Source: Alphaproteobacteria bacterium (GTDB taxonomy: Bacteria > Pseudomonadota > Alphaproteobacteria > CAAHEQ01 > UBA3637). From it: a stretch of DNA of 57,211 nucleotides. The position numbers and the translations under genes were made by a program. The first letter of the stretch is position 1. Each line of letters starts with the position of its first letter. Where the stretch lies: NCBI GenBank assembly GCA_045611665.1, contig JAZKXP010000068.1, positions 1 to 57,211 of the forward strand. The letters are read 5' to 3'. The notes under the pieces were generated by a model that worked only from the letters and a program-made list of their open reading frames with translations, ran no database searches and was not told the origin of the DNA. Positions 38,592-48,821 of this stretch are shown here, in pieces.

Positions 38592-39451
38592 TAAAAATAC
38601 CCATCCTTTTTCTTTTTTTCCATAGCCCCTTCTGTATCGTAATCAATGGCACGTGTAATACGTTCGGTGTACTCGGCTTTTTTTAATTCAGCGATAATAT
38701 CATCAACCGTTGTGGCATCTGACATAACTGCTCCCGTCAACGGATAGCACCCCAGCGTTCTGAAACGAACCATTTTTAACTCGCCGGTGTTGTCCTGAGT
38801 CGCAATATATAACCCGTTTTGAGATTGAGTCAGCCGCCTTTTTTTTGCAAAATACAGCGGAACCACTTCAATATTTTCTTTTTTTATATATTCCCAGATA
38901 TCCAATTCTGTCCAATTGGACAGCGGGAATACTCTCAAACTGGTCGTATCTGTATAAAACGGATTGTACAAAGGGGGTATTTCGGCATTTTGACTTCTGG
39001 GATCCCATTTGTGGTACTCGTTTCTGACCGATACCATTCGTTCTTTGGCTCGAGATTTTTCTTCGTCTCGTCTGGCCCCACCAAATGCGATTTTAATATC
39101 ATATTTTTCAATGGCATTTTTCAACGCTTGCGTTTTCATGATGTCCGTATATCTGCTGCCATCCGTAAATGGATTTAATTTGTCCGGATGTTGATATACC
39201 AACAAATTGATTTCTTTAGCAATTTTGTCCCGAAATTCGTACATTTCCTTAAATTTCCAACCCGTATCAATATGCAAAAAACGGATGGGAACAGGGAATG
39301 GATAAAATGCTTTTTTAAACAAATGTAACAAAACGGATGAATCTTTACCGATACTGTAAAAACAAACTATTTTGGAACAATCGTTTTTAAAACAAATATC
39401 CCGAATTAATTCTATGGCTTCGTGTTCTAATTGGTCTAAGTGCCCGCTCAT
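38591..39451 (-). CDS. cysD: Sulfate adenylyltransferase subunit 2
   Basis: YSIGKDSSV, HIDTGWKF, GGARRDEEKSRAKER, RFRTLGCYPLTGA, MEKKKKDGYF. Confidence 0.97.
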   Translation of the reverse strand: MSGHLDQLEHEAIELIRDICFKNDCSKIVCFYSIGKDSSVLLHLFKKAFYPFPVPIRFLHIDTGWKFKEMYEFRDKIAKEINLLVYQHPDKLNPFTDGSRYTDIMKTQALKNAIEKYDIKIAFGGARRDEEKSRAKERMVSVRNEYHKWDPRSQNAEIPPLYNPFYTDTTSLRVFPLSNWTELDIWEYIKKENIEVVPLYFAKKRRLTQSQNGLYIATQDNTGELKMVRFRTLGCYPLTGAVMSDATTVDDIIAELKKAEYTERITRAIDYDTEGAMEKKKKDGYF

Positions 39452-40971
39452 TTGACATCCTTTGTATTTTTCGGATAAAAACTAAATTCATCAGATGAAT
39501 ATCCCCATGCTGTTCCGCCACGATAAATAACAGCATGAAACAGCTCTTGATGCGTATCAAAATCATATCTGATTAAATCAGCGTACGCCATATTGGATTG
39601 ATTTTTATCAAACACCTGAGAAATAAAAACCGTTACATCATTTTGTTCGGCATTGTAAGATACAGAGGATCCGGTATCTGAACGTACGCCCAAAGGTTGT
39701 ATCCAATATTGTTGTACCGTCCGTTTTTTACCATCTACCTTGAATAAGGAGGCATAAGAGTCATCTGTTGTAAAAACCGTTTTGTCATGTATCGGTCCGG
39801 AATTATCAAATAATCCAAAAACACCATCTTCAAATACTTTTGCATTATGATTTTTGGTCGGCCATTTAAAAGCAGAAATGGCTTTTTCACCTTGCTGAAC
39901 GGCACGATCATACGCACGCCCTTTGGCATTCACAGCCGTTAATACTTTATGGTGAATATCGGGACCTTGTCCTTGCCGGCCGGATACTTCAAATCCTTTG
40001 TTAGGTGTAATCATCCATACGAGTTCCTTTGTTTTTTCATCCACTTTAATCATTCCCGAATGACGGCAAGATACAACGATACCACCATCTGTTTTGTCAT
40101 AATCAATGCCATTGATATGACACCAATCATTCATGCCATAATCAACGTGTCCTTTTTCAACAATAACAGAACGATTTGGGTTTAATAATTCGGCTAAATC
40201 TATTTTATTAAGTACTTCCCCCGTTTGATAATCAATTTCAAGAATCCAATCACGATGCGTTTTTTGTTGTTTGCCATCAACCAACACAACACTACCCGCA
40301 AATGACCCGATGACTAAAAAATTTTTGTTTGTTTTTTGTCCCATACCATGAGTAAACGAAGAAAAGCCTTTAGGGTATTTGTAATATTGCAATAACTTTC
40401 CGGCCGGAGAATATCTATAGATACCACGATTGCGATATTCTACAATTACCTCATGATTAAACCAATAACATAAACCACCGCCTTTTGCCTGAAAAGAAAA
40501 TCTCATCCATCCGTTTTCATCGAATACCATTCCGTCAGATAGCCAATGATATCTGGTTTGTGTGTCGTTTTTTTGCGTTACAACGAATAAGTTTCGTTTT
40601 TGAACCTTAGGCACGGAAATAATTGTTGTACTTTTTTCGGTTTTATTTGGATAAATCGCCGTTAAGACAACGGTGTTTTTATAATTGGGATATAACCCTA
40701 AAACCTCAATACTATGCTGTGTTGTTTCCTCTGAACCGGTATATGAAATATCTTGCGCTCCTTCACGCCCTTTAACTGTCACCTGAATCTTAGCCGGTGC
40801 AAGAGTTTCAAAATGAACCAAGGCTGCTAATTCATTATTGCCATATGGATTTAACCGAACATTAAAACCATTTAATGTTTTAATTTCGGCTGTTTTTTCT
40901 GAAGGATAGATAAAATATCCCACAACAAAACAGAATAAAAAAACAGTAAGTCCGGTTAAAATATTTTTCAT
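39448..40971 (-). CDS. Exported arylsulfotransferase (ASST family)
   Basis: N-terminal TM; Ig-like LNPYG..LAALV/VLGLYP domain; FTHG, DWCHINGIDY..VSCRH, NHNA and FDN motifs. Confidence 0.88.
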   Translation of the reverse strand: MKNILTGLTVFLFCFVVGYFIYPSEKTAEIKTLNGFNVRLNPYGNNELAALVHFETLAPAKIQVTVKGREGAQDISYTGSEETTQHSIEVLGLYPNYKNTVVLTAIYPNKTEKSTTIISVPKVQKRNLFVVTQKNDTQTRYHWLSDGMVFDENGWMRFSFQAKGGGLCYWFNHEVIVEYRNRGIYRYSPAGKLLQYYKYPKGFSSFTHGMGQKTNKNFLVIGSFAGSVVLVDGKQQKTHRDWILEIDYQTGEVLNKIDLAELLNPNRSVIVEKGHVDYGMNDWCHINGIDYDKTDGGIVVSCRHSGMIKVDEKTKELVWMITPNKGFEVSGRQGQGPDIHHKVLTAVNAKGRAYDRAVQQGEKAISAFKWPTKNHNAKVFEDGVFGLFDNSGPIHDKTVFTTDDSYASLFKVDGKKRTVQQYWIQPLGVRSDTGSSVSYNAEQNDVTVFISQVFDKNQSNMAYADLIRYDFDTHQELFHAVIYRGGTAWGYSSDEFSFYPKNTKDVK

Positions 40972-40974
40972 TTT

Positions 40975-41571
40975 TTAGTCCTTTTTAATGCATAATGCCT
41001 GTAGTGTTTTAAAGTTTTGTTTTGAGGTTTCATAAACAGTACCATCATTAATGTCTGCATAGTAAGCCGCTACCTTATCTTTTGACTCTAACCAAAAGAA
41101 ACCTCTGGATCCGAAAGCATCTTGTAAAGCAATTATTGTCTCGGTGTCCAAACAGGCCGGTCCGATACCGTCACACATGAAATCAGAACGTGTCGCTTGG
41201 CGATACTTTTTTCCTAAAGCACTACAAAAATTTGTGGCAGATTGATAATTTAACAACATTTCCGATAAAACGAATTCTGACGCATTAATTTGTATCGGCG
41301 TGTGTTTTGTTGCTGAGGCGCAAGCCCCTTCTGTGTCCGATTGCACACAAAAATATCCTTTTTTGCAATTTTTATTAACAGAACAGGCCCCGTCTGTATG
41401 AATATCACAATATCTGCCCGTATAAATCGTTGGATTATCGCAAATACATGCTCCAATCCAGGGTGCGCCATATCCGTTTTTACAAAAATCCGTATCTAAC
41501 ATGTCAAGAGAAAATGCAGGCAAGGCGTGCAAAACAAAAAAATAAAAAATAAATGCAATGTGTTTCTTCAT
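40975..41571 (-). CDS. Secreted EGF-like + CLec-like Cys-rich protein
   Basis: Signal peptide MKKHIAF; CICD..YTGRYC EGF-like motif; C-terminus homologous by eye to ORF1 (FFWLE...AYYADINDG.VY...QALC). Confidence 0.7.
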   Translation of the reverse strand: MKKHIAFIFYFFVLHALPAFSLDMLDTDFCKNGYGAPWIGACICDNPTIYTGRYCDIHTDGACSVNKNCKKGYFCVQSDTEGACASATKHTPIQINASEFVLSEMLLNYQSATNFCSALGKKYRQATRSDFMCDGIGPACLDTETIIALQDAFGSRGFFWLESKDKVAAYYADINDGTVYETSKQNFKTLQALCIKKD

Positions 41572-41681
41572 AATTAAAATAAAATACAAAAAAATAAACT
41601 TAATTGAGATTGTTTTTTTTGTAATACCATATTATCTTATTTATTTCAACCTTCTTTTATAAAAGACCAGTAACCTTTATC

Positions 41682-42410
41682 CTATAAAAATAAGTTTAAT
41701 AAGTTGATTGAAATAACAACCAGTGCTACAGCAAACATTAACTGCTTTGCTTTCATTTTACAACATCCGTATGCTGATAATGGAGAAGCCATAATCCCGC
41801 CGATAATGAGGCCTAAAATGATTTTCCAATGGTATACACCAATTAACGAAAAAAACATTATAGATTGAGCGGCCGTTACAAAAAATTCCGCAATATTGGC
41901 CGTTCCAATAACATATTTAGGGGAATTACCCCGAGCAATTAATGTGGTGTTAACAATAGGGCCCCAACCTCCACCGCCTAAAGCATCCAAAAATCCCCCG
42001 CAAAAACCCAAAAACGGTATAGATTTAGGGTGTCGAGGTTGTTTTTTAGGGCGCCATATCAATACCAAAATTCGAACGCCTAAAATCAATAAGTATATTG
42101 CAACCAAACTTTTTAGCAACTCTGAATTAAATGAGCATAAAAAATAAGCGCCGATAATCCCGCCGATAACCCCAGGGATAGCCAACTTCTTTAACAATGT
42201 TATATCGGCATTTTTAAATTTTATATGAGCAATTCCAGAGGCGCATGTTGTAAATATTTCACTAAAATGCACACTGGCGCTGGCTGCGGGTAATGGAATA
42301 CCCATTGTAATCAGTGTACTGGTGGAAAAAACGCCATACGCCATTCCTAAACATCCGTCTATCAGTTGGGCCACGAAACCTATGCCGATAAAAAATAATA
42401 AGTCTTCCAT
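41682..42410 (-). CDS. TauE/SafE (TSUP) sulfur-compound transporter
   Basis: AQLIDGCLGMAYGV, ASASVHFSE, DALGGGGWGP, GTANIAEFFV. Confidence 0.92.
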   Translation of the reverse strand: MEDLLFFIGIGFVAQLIDGCLGMAYGVFSTSTLITMGIPLPAASASVHFSEIFTTCASGIAHIKFKNADITLLKKLAIPGVIGGIIGAYFLCSFNSELLKSLVAIYLLILGVRILVLIWRPKKQPRHPKSIPFLGFCGGFLDALGGGGWGPIVNTTLIARGNSPKYVIGTANIAEFFVTAAQSIMFFSLIGVYHWKIILGLIIGGIMASPLSAYGCCKMKAKQLMFAVALVVISINLLNLFL

Positions 42411-42412
42411 AA

Positions 42413-42988
42413 TTAGCCTAAATAACTAACACCTAAACCGATAAGAGCCGATAAAATCAACAGTGCCATCATCGGAAATTGGCACCGATATAAAAAAATA
42501 GTCAGTATGCAAATATACAATTGTGGATAATTGACCATATTTTTTAATATATCAAACGAAGTTAAGCTTGCTAAAGGGCGAGAAAAAACGGAAATGTTTG
42601 CAAACAAAATAACGGCATACGCCAACATAACCAAAGAGGCATACTTGGCTCCTTTAAAAAATCCACGTACACACCACGTGTCTTTATGTCGACTGATTAT
42701 ATTTAAACTAAAACTTGCCAAAATAAATGTCGGTAAAACCAATCCGATACTACAGATAATGGCCCCTAAAACACCGTTTTTAACATAGCCGACATAGGTG
42801 GCCGTATTAATACTGACCGCCCCCGGTGTCATTTGAGATATCGCCAATAAATTACCGAATTCATAAGGCGTAAAAACAGACCCGAGCTCGACATAATCAT
42901 GAAACAACATCGGAATAATCATATACCCGCCACCAAAACACAATATGCCGTATTTTATAAATTGAAAAAGTAACAGCGTATTAAGCAT
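42413..42988 (-). CDS. chrA: Short-chain chromate/sulfate transporter (CHR family), second subunit
   Basis: FGGGY, AISQMTPG, NTATYVG. Confidence 0.9.
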   Translation of the reverse strand: MLNTLLLFQFIKYGILCFGGGYMIIPMLFHDYVELGSVFTPYEFGNLLAISQMTPGAVSINTATYVGYVKNGVLGAIICSIGLVLPTFILASFSLNIISRHKDTWCVRGFFKGAKYASLVMLAYAVILFANISVFSRPLASLTSFDILKNMVNYPQLYICILTIFLYRCQFPMMALLILSALIGLGVSYLG

Positions 42989-43538
42989 GGTTTTGACCTT
43001 TTTTTACTTTATGAACTTGTGCGTAAATCGTCATCACACACCCTACGATAATCCCGGTGGCAATAATCCACAAGATGTGCAATCCTAAAATGAGTCCCAC
43101 CCCAAGACACCCGACAATAACAACGTCTAACCAATGTTTAAACACTTGTTTACCTAAACGAGAGGTCATACAAATAAACACACCGACAACACATGCACGA
43201 ATATACGAAAAAGCCTCTAATAAATGGGGATTATCCAAGGAATTAAGTGGGAAAAAGGCGGCTATTAAACTCAAAATAAGAATGGATGGAATTAAAACGC
43301 CTAAAACAGCGACCAAGGCCCCCTTTAATCCGGCCAATTTTGTGCCCACAAAAATAGCGCAGTTAACGGCAATCAGTCCGGGGATGGTTTGAGAAACAGC
43401 CAACATATCCAAAATATCTTGTTCCTTTAACAACTTGTGCTTTTTTACAAAAATGTCCTCTATGGCCGGAATCATAGCCAATCCCCCACCAATAACAAAT
43501 AGTGCAATTTTAAAAAAAGAAAAAAATATTAATAGCAA
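42981..43538 (-). CDS. chrA: Short-chain chromate/sulfate transporter (CHR family), first subunit
   Basis: FFKIALFVIGGG, SQTIPG, N.AIFVG; the start is approximate. Confidence 0.9.
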   Translation of the reverse strand: MLLIFFSFFKIALFVIGGGLAMIPAIEDIFVKKHKLLKEQDILDMLAVSQTIPGLIAVNCAIFVGTKLAGLKGALVAVLGVLIPSILILSLIAAFFPLNSLDNPHLLEAFSYIRACVVGVFICMTSRLGKQVFKHWLDVVIVGCLGVGLILGLHILWIIATGIIVGCVMTIYAQVHKVKKGQNHA

Positions 43539-43886
43539 TAGACGGCCCTTTCAAATAGTCAAAAAACAGAAAAAAGGATTAATGGGGTCCTTTTTTAATT
43601 CTTTAAGTATTCCTCTTTTGTATATTAAAACACGCTTGAGTTGTCAATAAAAACCACATAGGGGGCGGCTCTTTTATTGGCGGGCTGTGATATATGGACG
43701 AAACGATGGTATTTTGCCGTAACGAAAGCTCTATAACAACAAAGGTATAAATTTTGTTGGCAAACATCAATGTTGTTTAATCCCCAAAATCATTCAATAG
43801 ATTATTTCTTTTCTCCTTGTTTTTTTATTGTATATTTTTTATACTATGTTATATTGAAATATCGTTTAAGATAAGAGGTATTGACC

Positions 43887-46800
43887 ATGAAAAAAATATT
43901 TTGTTTTCTTGTTTGTATGATGATTAATTTGTCTGTCGATGCACAATGGTTTCCGTATATTCGTGTGCCGGATAAACAAAAACAAATGGAGTTGCAAGAT
44001 TTAACTATTGACGTTCAAATTATGGGTAATATTGCAACAACCACTTATGATATGGTTTTCTTTAATCCTAACAACAAAATATTAGAAGGGGAAATGATTT
44101 TTCCCATGACACAAAATCAAACCGTTGTGGCTATGGCATTGGATATCAATGGGAAAATGCGAGGTGCATCTGCGGTTGATAAGGATGAAGCCCGTCGCAT
44201 TTTTGAAAAACAAGTACGACGAAACATTGACCCTGCTTTAATTGAAAAAGTATCCGGTAATCAATATAAAATGCGCATTTATCCTTTTAACCCTAAGGGA
44301 ACGCGTCGTATTCAAATTACAACTGAAGACAGTTTAATTGTTAAAAATAATGAAATGTCCTTATCTATTCCTTTAACATACAATAAGAAAATCAATCATT
44401 TTGGTGTTAAGGTGAACGTGGTGCAGGATGGCTCTGAGATGCCAAAAGTAAAAACGGATTTGGAAAATTTTACCTTTACTCAAAAAAATCAACACTTAAC
44501 AGCGTCCTTTGAAAAACAAGATTATTTGCTTAATAATTCATTGGAATTTACATTTCCGGCCCCAAAAACAGAGATTGTTTATACGGGGGATGAGGCAGGT
44601 AAAAATTATTTTTATTCCAATATCAATGTTAAAAAATCTCAAAAAAGAAAAGGGTTACCTAAAAAAATAGCTGTTGTTTGGGATATTTCTTTTTCCGGTG
44701 AAACGCGCGATTTGAAAAAGGAAAAAGAAGTGTTAATCGGTTATTTGAAGAAAATTAAAAACATAGATGTTGATTTGATTGCTTTTAATATTAAGCAGAA
44801 CAAAAAATCTTCCTTTAAAATTCAACAGGGCAATACAACGGCTTTATTGCAGGCCATTAATGCATTGGTTTATGATGGAGGAACCCGTTTGGATAAAGTG
44901 GATTTGTCCGCCATTAAAGCAGATGAAATTTTGTTGTTCACGGATGGTGTTGCAACAATCGGAGATAGTGTGATTAAACCGATTAGAACGCCGGTTTATG
45001 TCATTACATCATCAGATAAAAGTGAATTTTCAATGTTATCCAATATGGCCAATAAAACATTGGCTCGTTTAATTAATTTGACAACGACTTCTGTGGAAGA
45101 AGCGTTAAAACAATTAACACATAAACCGTTACGTTTAATCGGTTATAAAACAACATCCGCCAAAGAGATTTATCCCTTGCCTTCTGCGGTTGTTGGCGAA
45201 GATTTTACTTTTACAGGTCTCTATGATGGTAAATCGGCCGAAATTGAATTGCAATTCGGTTATGATACCCAAAACATTACAGAGCGGAAAACGATTAAGG
45301 TTGGAGCAAATCAAAAAAACACTCTGGTTCCAAGGCAGTGGGCCTCCCATAAAGCGCGTGAGTTGGAATTAGATGCTAAAAATAATCGGGCGGCCATTGT
45401 GCAATTAGGTAAAGATTTTTCAATTTTAACAGAATATACTTCTTTATTGGTATTGGATAGTTTAAATGATTATTTGACCTATAAAGTGGCGCCGAAAGAT
45501 GCCGATTTATTGGAAAAATATAATCGCCATGTCTCCTTTAAGAAACAAAAAAGTAAGTATGCGGAACTCAAAGAAAAGCGGCGAGCACTTGTTGATACCT
45601 TACGTATGGTGAATCAAGTTAAAAAATGGTGGGAAAAGGACTTTATGCCAGAACCACCCGAAGCGCCTGATGAACCATGGGGTTTTGCTAAAAATCCGGA
45701 AGATTTGGATAAACAATATGGGGTTATTGTAGATCAAGAAGAAAGAATGTATGGTATAAGTCCTACTGGTACAGGGATACATGATATGGCTGTCAATGTC
45801 ATTGGAAGAGTGGTATCTGATAAGGATGAGATTTTATTAGATGCTCAAGAAAGTGAAAAGCCACAAAAAGAAGCTAAAATCAAATTGAAAGAATGGTCGC
45901 CTAATACACCCTATATTAAGGAGTTGCGTAAAGTAAAAAATGCTGATTTATATCGTGTGTATTTGGTGCAAAAGAAAAAGTATCGGGATATGCCGGCTTT
46001 TTATTTCGATGTGGCGGAAGAATTTGCAAAACGAAATATGACCGAACAAGCAACTTTGATTTTAACTAATTTGTTGGAAATGAAAACGGATAATGTAGAA
46101 TTATTGCGTGTAACCGCTCATAAATTGCAAGCTTACAAACACTATCAAATAGCTGAGTTCTTATTCAAAAAAATCATTGAAATGTATTCAGAAGAACCGC
46201 AAGGATATCGTGATTTAGCTAAATTATATGAAGCCTCAAATCAAAATCAAAAAGCATTAGAACAATATCTATTTATTCTGACTAAAAAATGGAGTGATTT
46301 TAATGAGATTAAAAAAGAAGTGTTTGTTGATATGAATGGGTTGATTGCACGGGATAAGTCGCTTAATACCCGTGATATCAATTCGAACCTGATTTTCAAT
46401 ATGCCACTTGATTTGCGTATAACTTTAGGGTGGAGTGCCAGAGATAAAAGCGTTGGTTTGGATGTATTTGATCCTTATCATCAAAATGCATATCGTGGTG
46501 AAAACGACAATGGAGCCAAACACATATATTCCGGTTGGGGCTGGGGTCCTGAAAGCTATATGATTAAAAAAGCTATCGAAGGAAACTACAAAATCAGGGC
46601 CTATGATTATCATGGTGATAGTCGTCAAGGAGTGGTTTTGCCGGTTTTTGCTTGGATTGATGTCTATACCCATTTCGGACAAAAAAATCAAAAACAGGAA
46701 CGTATGTTGATTCGTATGGATGAAATTAAAAATCAAGAGATGGGAAGTGTTGATTTTAAAACAAAAAGTTGTTCAAAAGAAACGCCCATTTGGTATATAG

Positions 46801-48821
46801 ATACTTGTACCTCTTGTGATGATACACGCAAATTGTTTGTATCTAAAAAACAATGCGATTTATGTCCCGGTAGAAAAATGTTTGGTGATTTTTGTATCCA
46901 AACGTGCACAGCGGATAAACCAATGCAAAGCTCTGTTGGAAATTGTTATGAATGTAATAATAACAAGGCTCTGAAATTATCTGAGGAAGAATGTAAAAAA
47001 TGTCCAAATCGTGAAATGAAGTTCGGCTATTGTGTTTTAAATAATTATACTTGCCCTGACGATAAACCGCTTCGTGAAGGGGTTGTGACCTGTCAATCTT
47101 GCGATTATGAAAAATCTATGATTGTGTCGCCTGAAGATTGTGTCAAATGTCCGAACCGTGAAATGATTGGCAAGTTCTGCGCTTTAAAACAATGTCCTGC
47201 CGATAAACCGTTGCAAGGGAAAAACGGTATGTGTTATCGTTATGATTGCGATGCAGTATCTGCAGATATTATTAATCCCGATGATTGTGCTAAGTGTCCG
47301 AACCGAAAAATGCAGGGAAAATATTGTATCAGAAAATCCTGTTCTCCAAAGAATCCGATTGAAGGTAAAAATGGTGAATGTTACGCCTGTGATGCTATAT
47401 TCTCTGTCACAACTGAAAAAACAGAATGTGACAAGTGTTCGAATAGAACATTATTCGGTAATCAGTGTAAATTAAATTGTTCGGGTAATAGACCGCTTCA
47501 AGACAAAACAGGGGACTGTTATTCTTGTGATGAAGATATCTCTGTGGAAACAACAAAGGAACAGTGTGCAATATGTCCAAATCGTGAATTTAACGAAGGA
47601 AAATGTGTTAAAAAAACTTGTTTCAGTGATAAGGATATTGAAGGGAAAGACGGTCGTTGTTATTCTTGTGATTACAAAGGGAGTGTTCATACATATAAGG
47701 AAGAATGTGCAAAATGTTCTAATCGTTATATGATGAAAGAATATTGTATAAAATCATGTGAAAAGGAAAATCAAATCCAAGATACAAATGGCCGGTGTTA
47801 TGATTGCGATACAAGACGTTCTATCGATGTAGATGAAAAAACATGTAAAAAATGTCCAAATCGTGTCTATAAAGATAATTTGTGTGTTATCCCCTGTCCA
47901 AAAGACAGACCTATCAGGGATAAATGGGGAGAGTGTCATACGTGTGATGATGAAGATAGCATTCAAACAGATGCAATGGAATGCAAAAAATGTTCTAACC
48001 GTACGCAATTTGGTGAATATTGTAAAATGGCCTGTGATAAGTATGAACCAATGCAACGCGTTGAAGGTGATGGGCATTGTTATGATTGTGATGCTGAAGG
48101 TGGCTTAAGTATTCCGCAAGAAGAATGTAATAAGTGTCCAAATCGTGAAATGGTGAATGATTTGTGTTTTGAAAAGTGTCCGGATTATGCCCCATTGGTC
48201 GATGAAGAAGGTACCTGTTATACGTGTGATATGGATGAACATATTACACGTCGGGATTCATATATCCGGGCAGTGACGGAGTCTGTCGGGTATCACATAG
48301 GATCTGGTATTTCAATGCAAGCGGTTAAAACAAGTAAAGAAAATTGCTTAAAATGTCCTAATCGAATTTATCGGGATGGATATTGTATTAATAAAGCTCC
48401 TCAAGGTATTTTTATGGCGGATCTGAAAAGAGGACAATACTATGCCTGTTCGCTTGAAAGATCTTTAGACATTCCAAAAGAAGAATGCGATAAATGTTCT
48501 AATCGTGTCATGATAGGAAATGTTTGTGTTGTTAAGGATTGTCCTGAAAATACACCCATTCGATTATCAGAAGGGGAATGTTCTTCTTGCGAAAATGATA
48601 CAATGTTATCCGTTTCAAAAGAACAATGTGATAGATGTCCGAATAGAATGATGCAGGGGCCCTTTTGCACATTAAAGGAATGCCCGACAGATACCCCAAT
48701 GATTGGAAATAATGGTCGGTGTATCAGTTGCCAAACAGATATCTTATTGTCCATTTCACCAAAGGAATGTGCTAAATGTCCGAACCGTGAAATAAAGGGT
48801 AATTATTGTGTTTTGAAGTAG
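43887..48821 (+). CDS. Secreted VIT + vWA-like + TPR + DUF2135-like protein with 14 C-terminal 6-Cys repeats
   Basis: Signal peptide; F.NPN.KILEGE..FP and RRNIDPALIE (VIT); VWDIS.S...FTDG (vWA-like); DLRITLGW..GWGPESY (DUF2135-like); GAGG RBS before ATG 43887. Confidence 0.82.
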   Translation: MKKIFCFLVCMMINLSVDAQWFPYIRVPDKQKQMELQDLTIDVQIMGNIATTTYDMVFFNPNNKILEGEMIFPMTQNQTVVAMALDINGKMRGASAVDKDEARRIFEKQVRRNIDPALIEKVSGNQYKMRIYPFNPKGTRRIQITTEDSLIVKNNEMSLSIPLTYNKKINHFGVKVNVVQDGSEMPKVKTDLENFTFTQKNQHLTASFEKQDYLLNNSLEFTFPAPKTEIVYTGDEAGKNYFYSNINVKKSQKRKGLPKKIAVVWDISFSGETRDLKKEKEVLIGYLKKIKNIDVDLIAFNIKQNKKSSFKIQQGNTTALLQAINALVYDGGTRLDKVDLSAIKADEILLFTDGVATIGDSVIKPIRTPVYVITSSDKSEFSMLSNMANKTLARLINLTTTSVEEALKQLTHKPLRLIGYKTTSAKEIYPLPSAVVGEDFTFTGLYDGKSAEIELQFGYDTQNITERKTIKVGANQKNTLVPRQWASHKARELELDAKNNRAAIVQLGKDFSILTEYTSLLVLDSLNDYLTYKVAPKDADLLEKYNRHVSFKKQKSKYAELKEKRRALVDTLRMVNQVKKWWEKDFMPEPPEAPDEPWGFAKNPEDLDKQYGVIVDQEERMYGISPTGTGIHDMAVNVIGRVVSDKDEILLDAQESEKPQKEAKIKLKEWSPNTPYIKELRKVKNADLYRVYLVQKKKYRDMPAFYFDVAEEFAKRNMTEQATLILTNLLEMKTDNVELLRVTAHKLQAYKHYQIAEFLFKKIIEMYSEEPQGYRDLAKLYEASNQNQKALEQYLFILTKKWSDFNEIKKEVFVDMNGLIARDKSLNTRDINSNLIFNMPLDLRITLGWSARDKSVGLDVFDPYHQNAYRGENDNGAKHIYSGWGWGPESYMIKKAIEGNYKIRAYDYHGDSRQGVVLPVFAWIDVYTHFGQKNQKQERMLIRMDEIKNQEMGSVDFKTKSCSKETPIWYIDTCTSCDDTRKLFVSKKQCDLCPGRKMFGDFCIQTCTADKPMQSSVGNCYECNNNKALKLSEEECKKCPNREMKFGYCVLNNYTCPDDKPLREGVVTCQSCDYEKSMIVSPEDCVKCPNREMIGKFCALKQCPADKPLQGKNGMCYRYDCDAVSADIINPDDCAKCPNRKMQGKYCIRKSCSPKNPIEGKNGECYACDAIFSVTTEKTECDKCSNRTLFGNQCKLNCSGNRPLQDKTGDCYSCDEDISVETTKEQCAICPNREFNEGKCVKKTCFSDKDIEGKDGRCYSCDYKGSVHTYKEECAKCSNRYMMKEYCIKSCEKENQIQDTNGRCYDCDTRRSIDVDEKTCKKCPNRVYKDNLCVIPCPKDRPIRDKWGECHTCDDEDSIQTDAMECKKCSNRTQFGEYCKMACDKYEPMQRVEGDGHCYDCDAEGGLSIPQEECNKCPNREMVNDLCFEKCPDYAPLVDEEGTCYTCDMDEHITRRDSYIRAVTESVGYHIGSGISMQAVKTSKENCLKCPNRIYRDGYCINKAPQGIFMADLKRGQYYACSLERSLDIPKEECDKCSNRVMIGNVCVVKDCPENTPIRLSEGECSSCENDTMLSVSKEQCDRCPNRMMQGPFCTLKECPTDTPMIGNNGRCISCQTDILLSISPKECAKCPNREIKGNYCVLK
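46770..48818 (+). repeat. 14 tandem ~46-aa Cys repeats (C..DKP....G.C..C...........C.KC.NR......C), furin-like spacing
   Basis: Counted in the translation. Confidence 0.88.

Noticed and set aside
42413-43538. Dedicated chromate-resistance determinant
   Set aside because: No chrB/chrC or metal-resistance context; the neighbours are sulfur-metabolism genes.
43539-43880. Possible small ORF or riboswitch upstream of the sulfate cluster
   Set aside because: No convincing RBS-ORF unit or recognisable riboswitch consensus by eye.
46770-48818. Multiheme cytochrome or ferredoxin suggested by many CxxC motifs
   Set aside because: The CxxC motifs are not followed by His and lack ferredoxin spacing; the protein is exported and shows paired Cys loss typical of disulfides.
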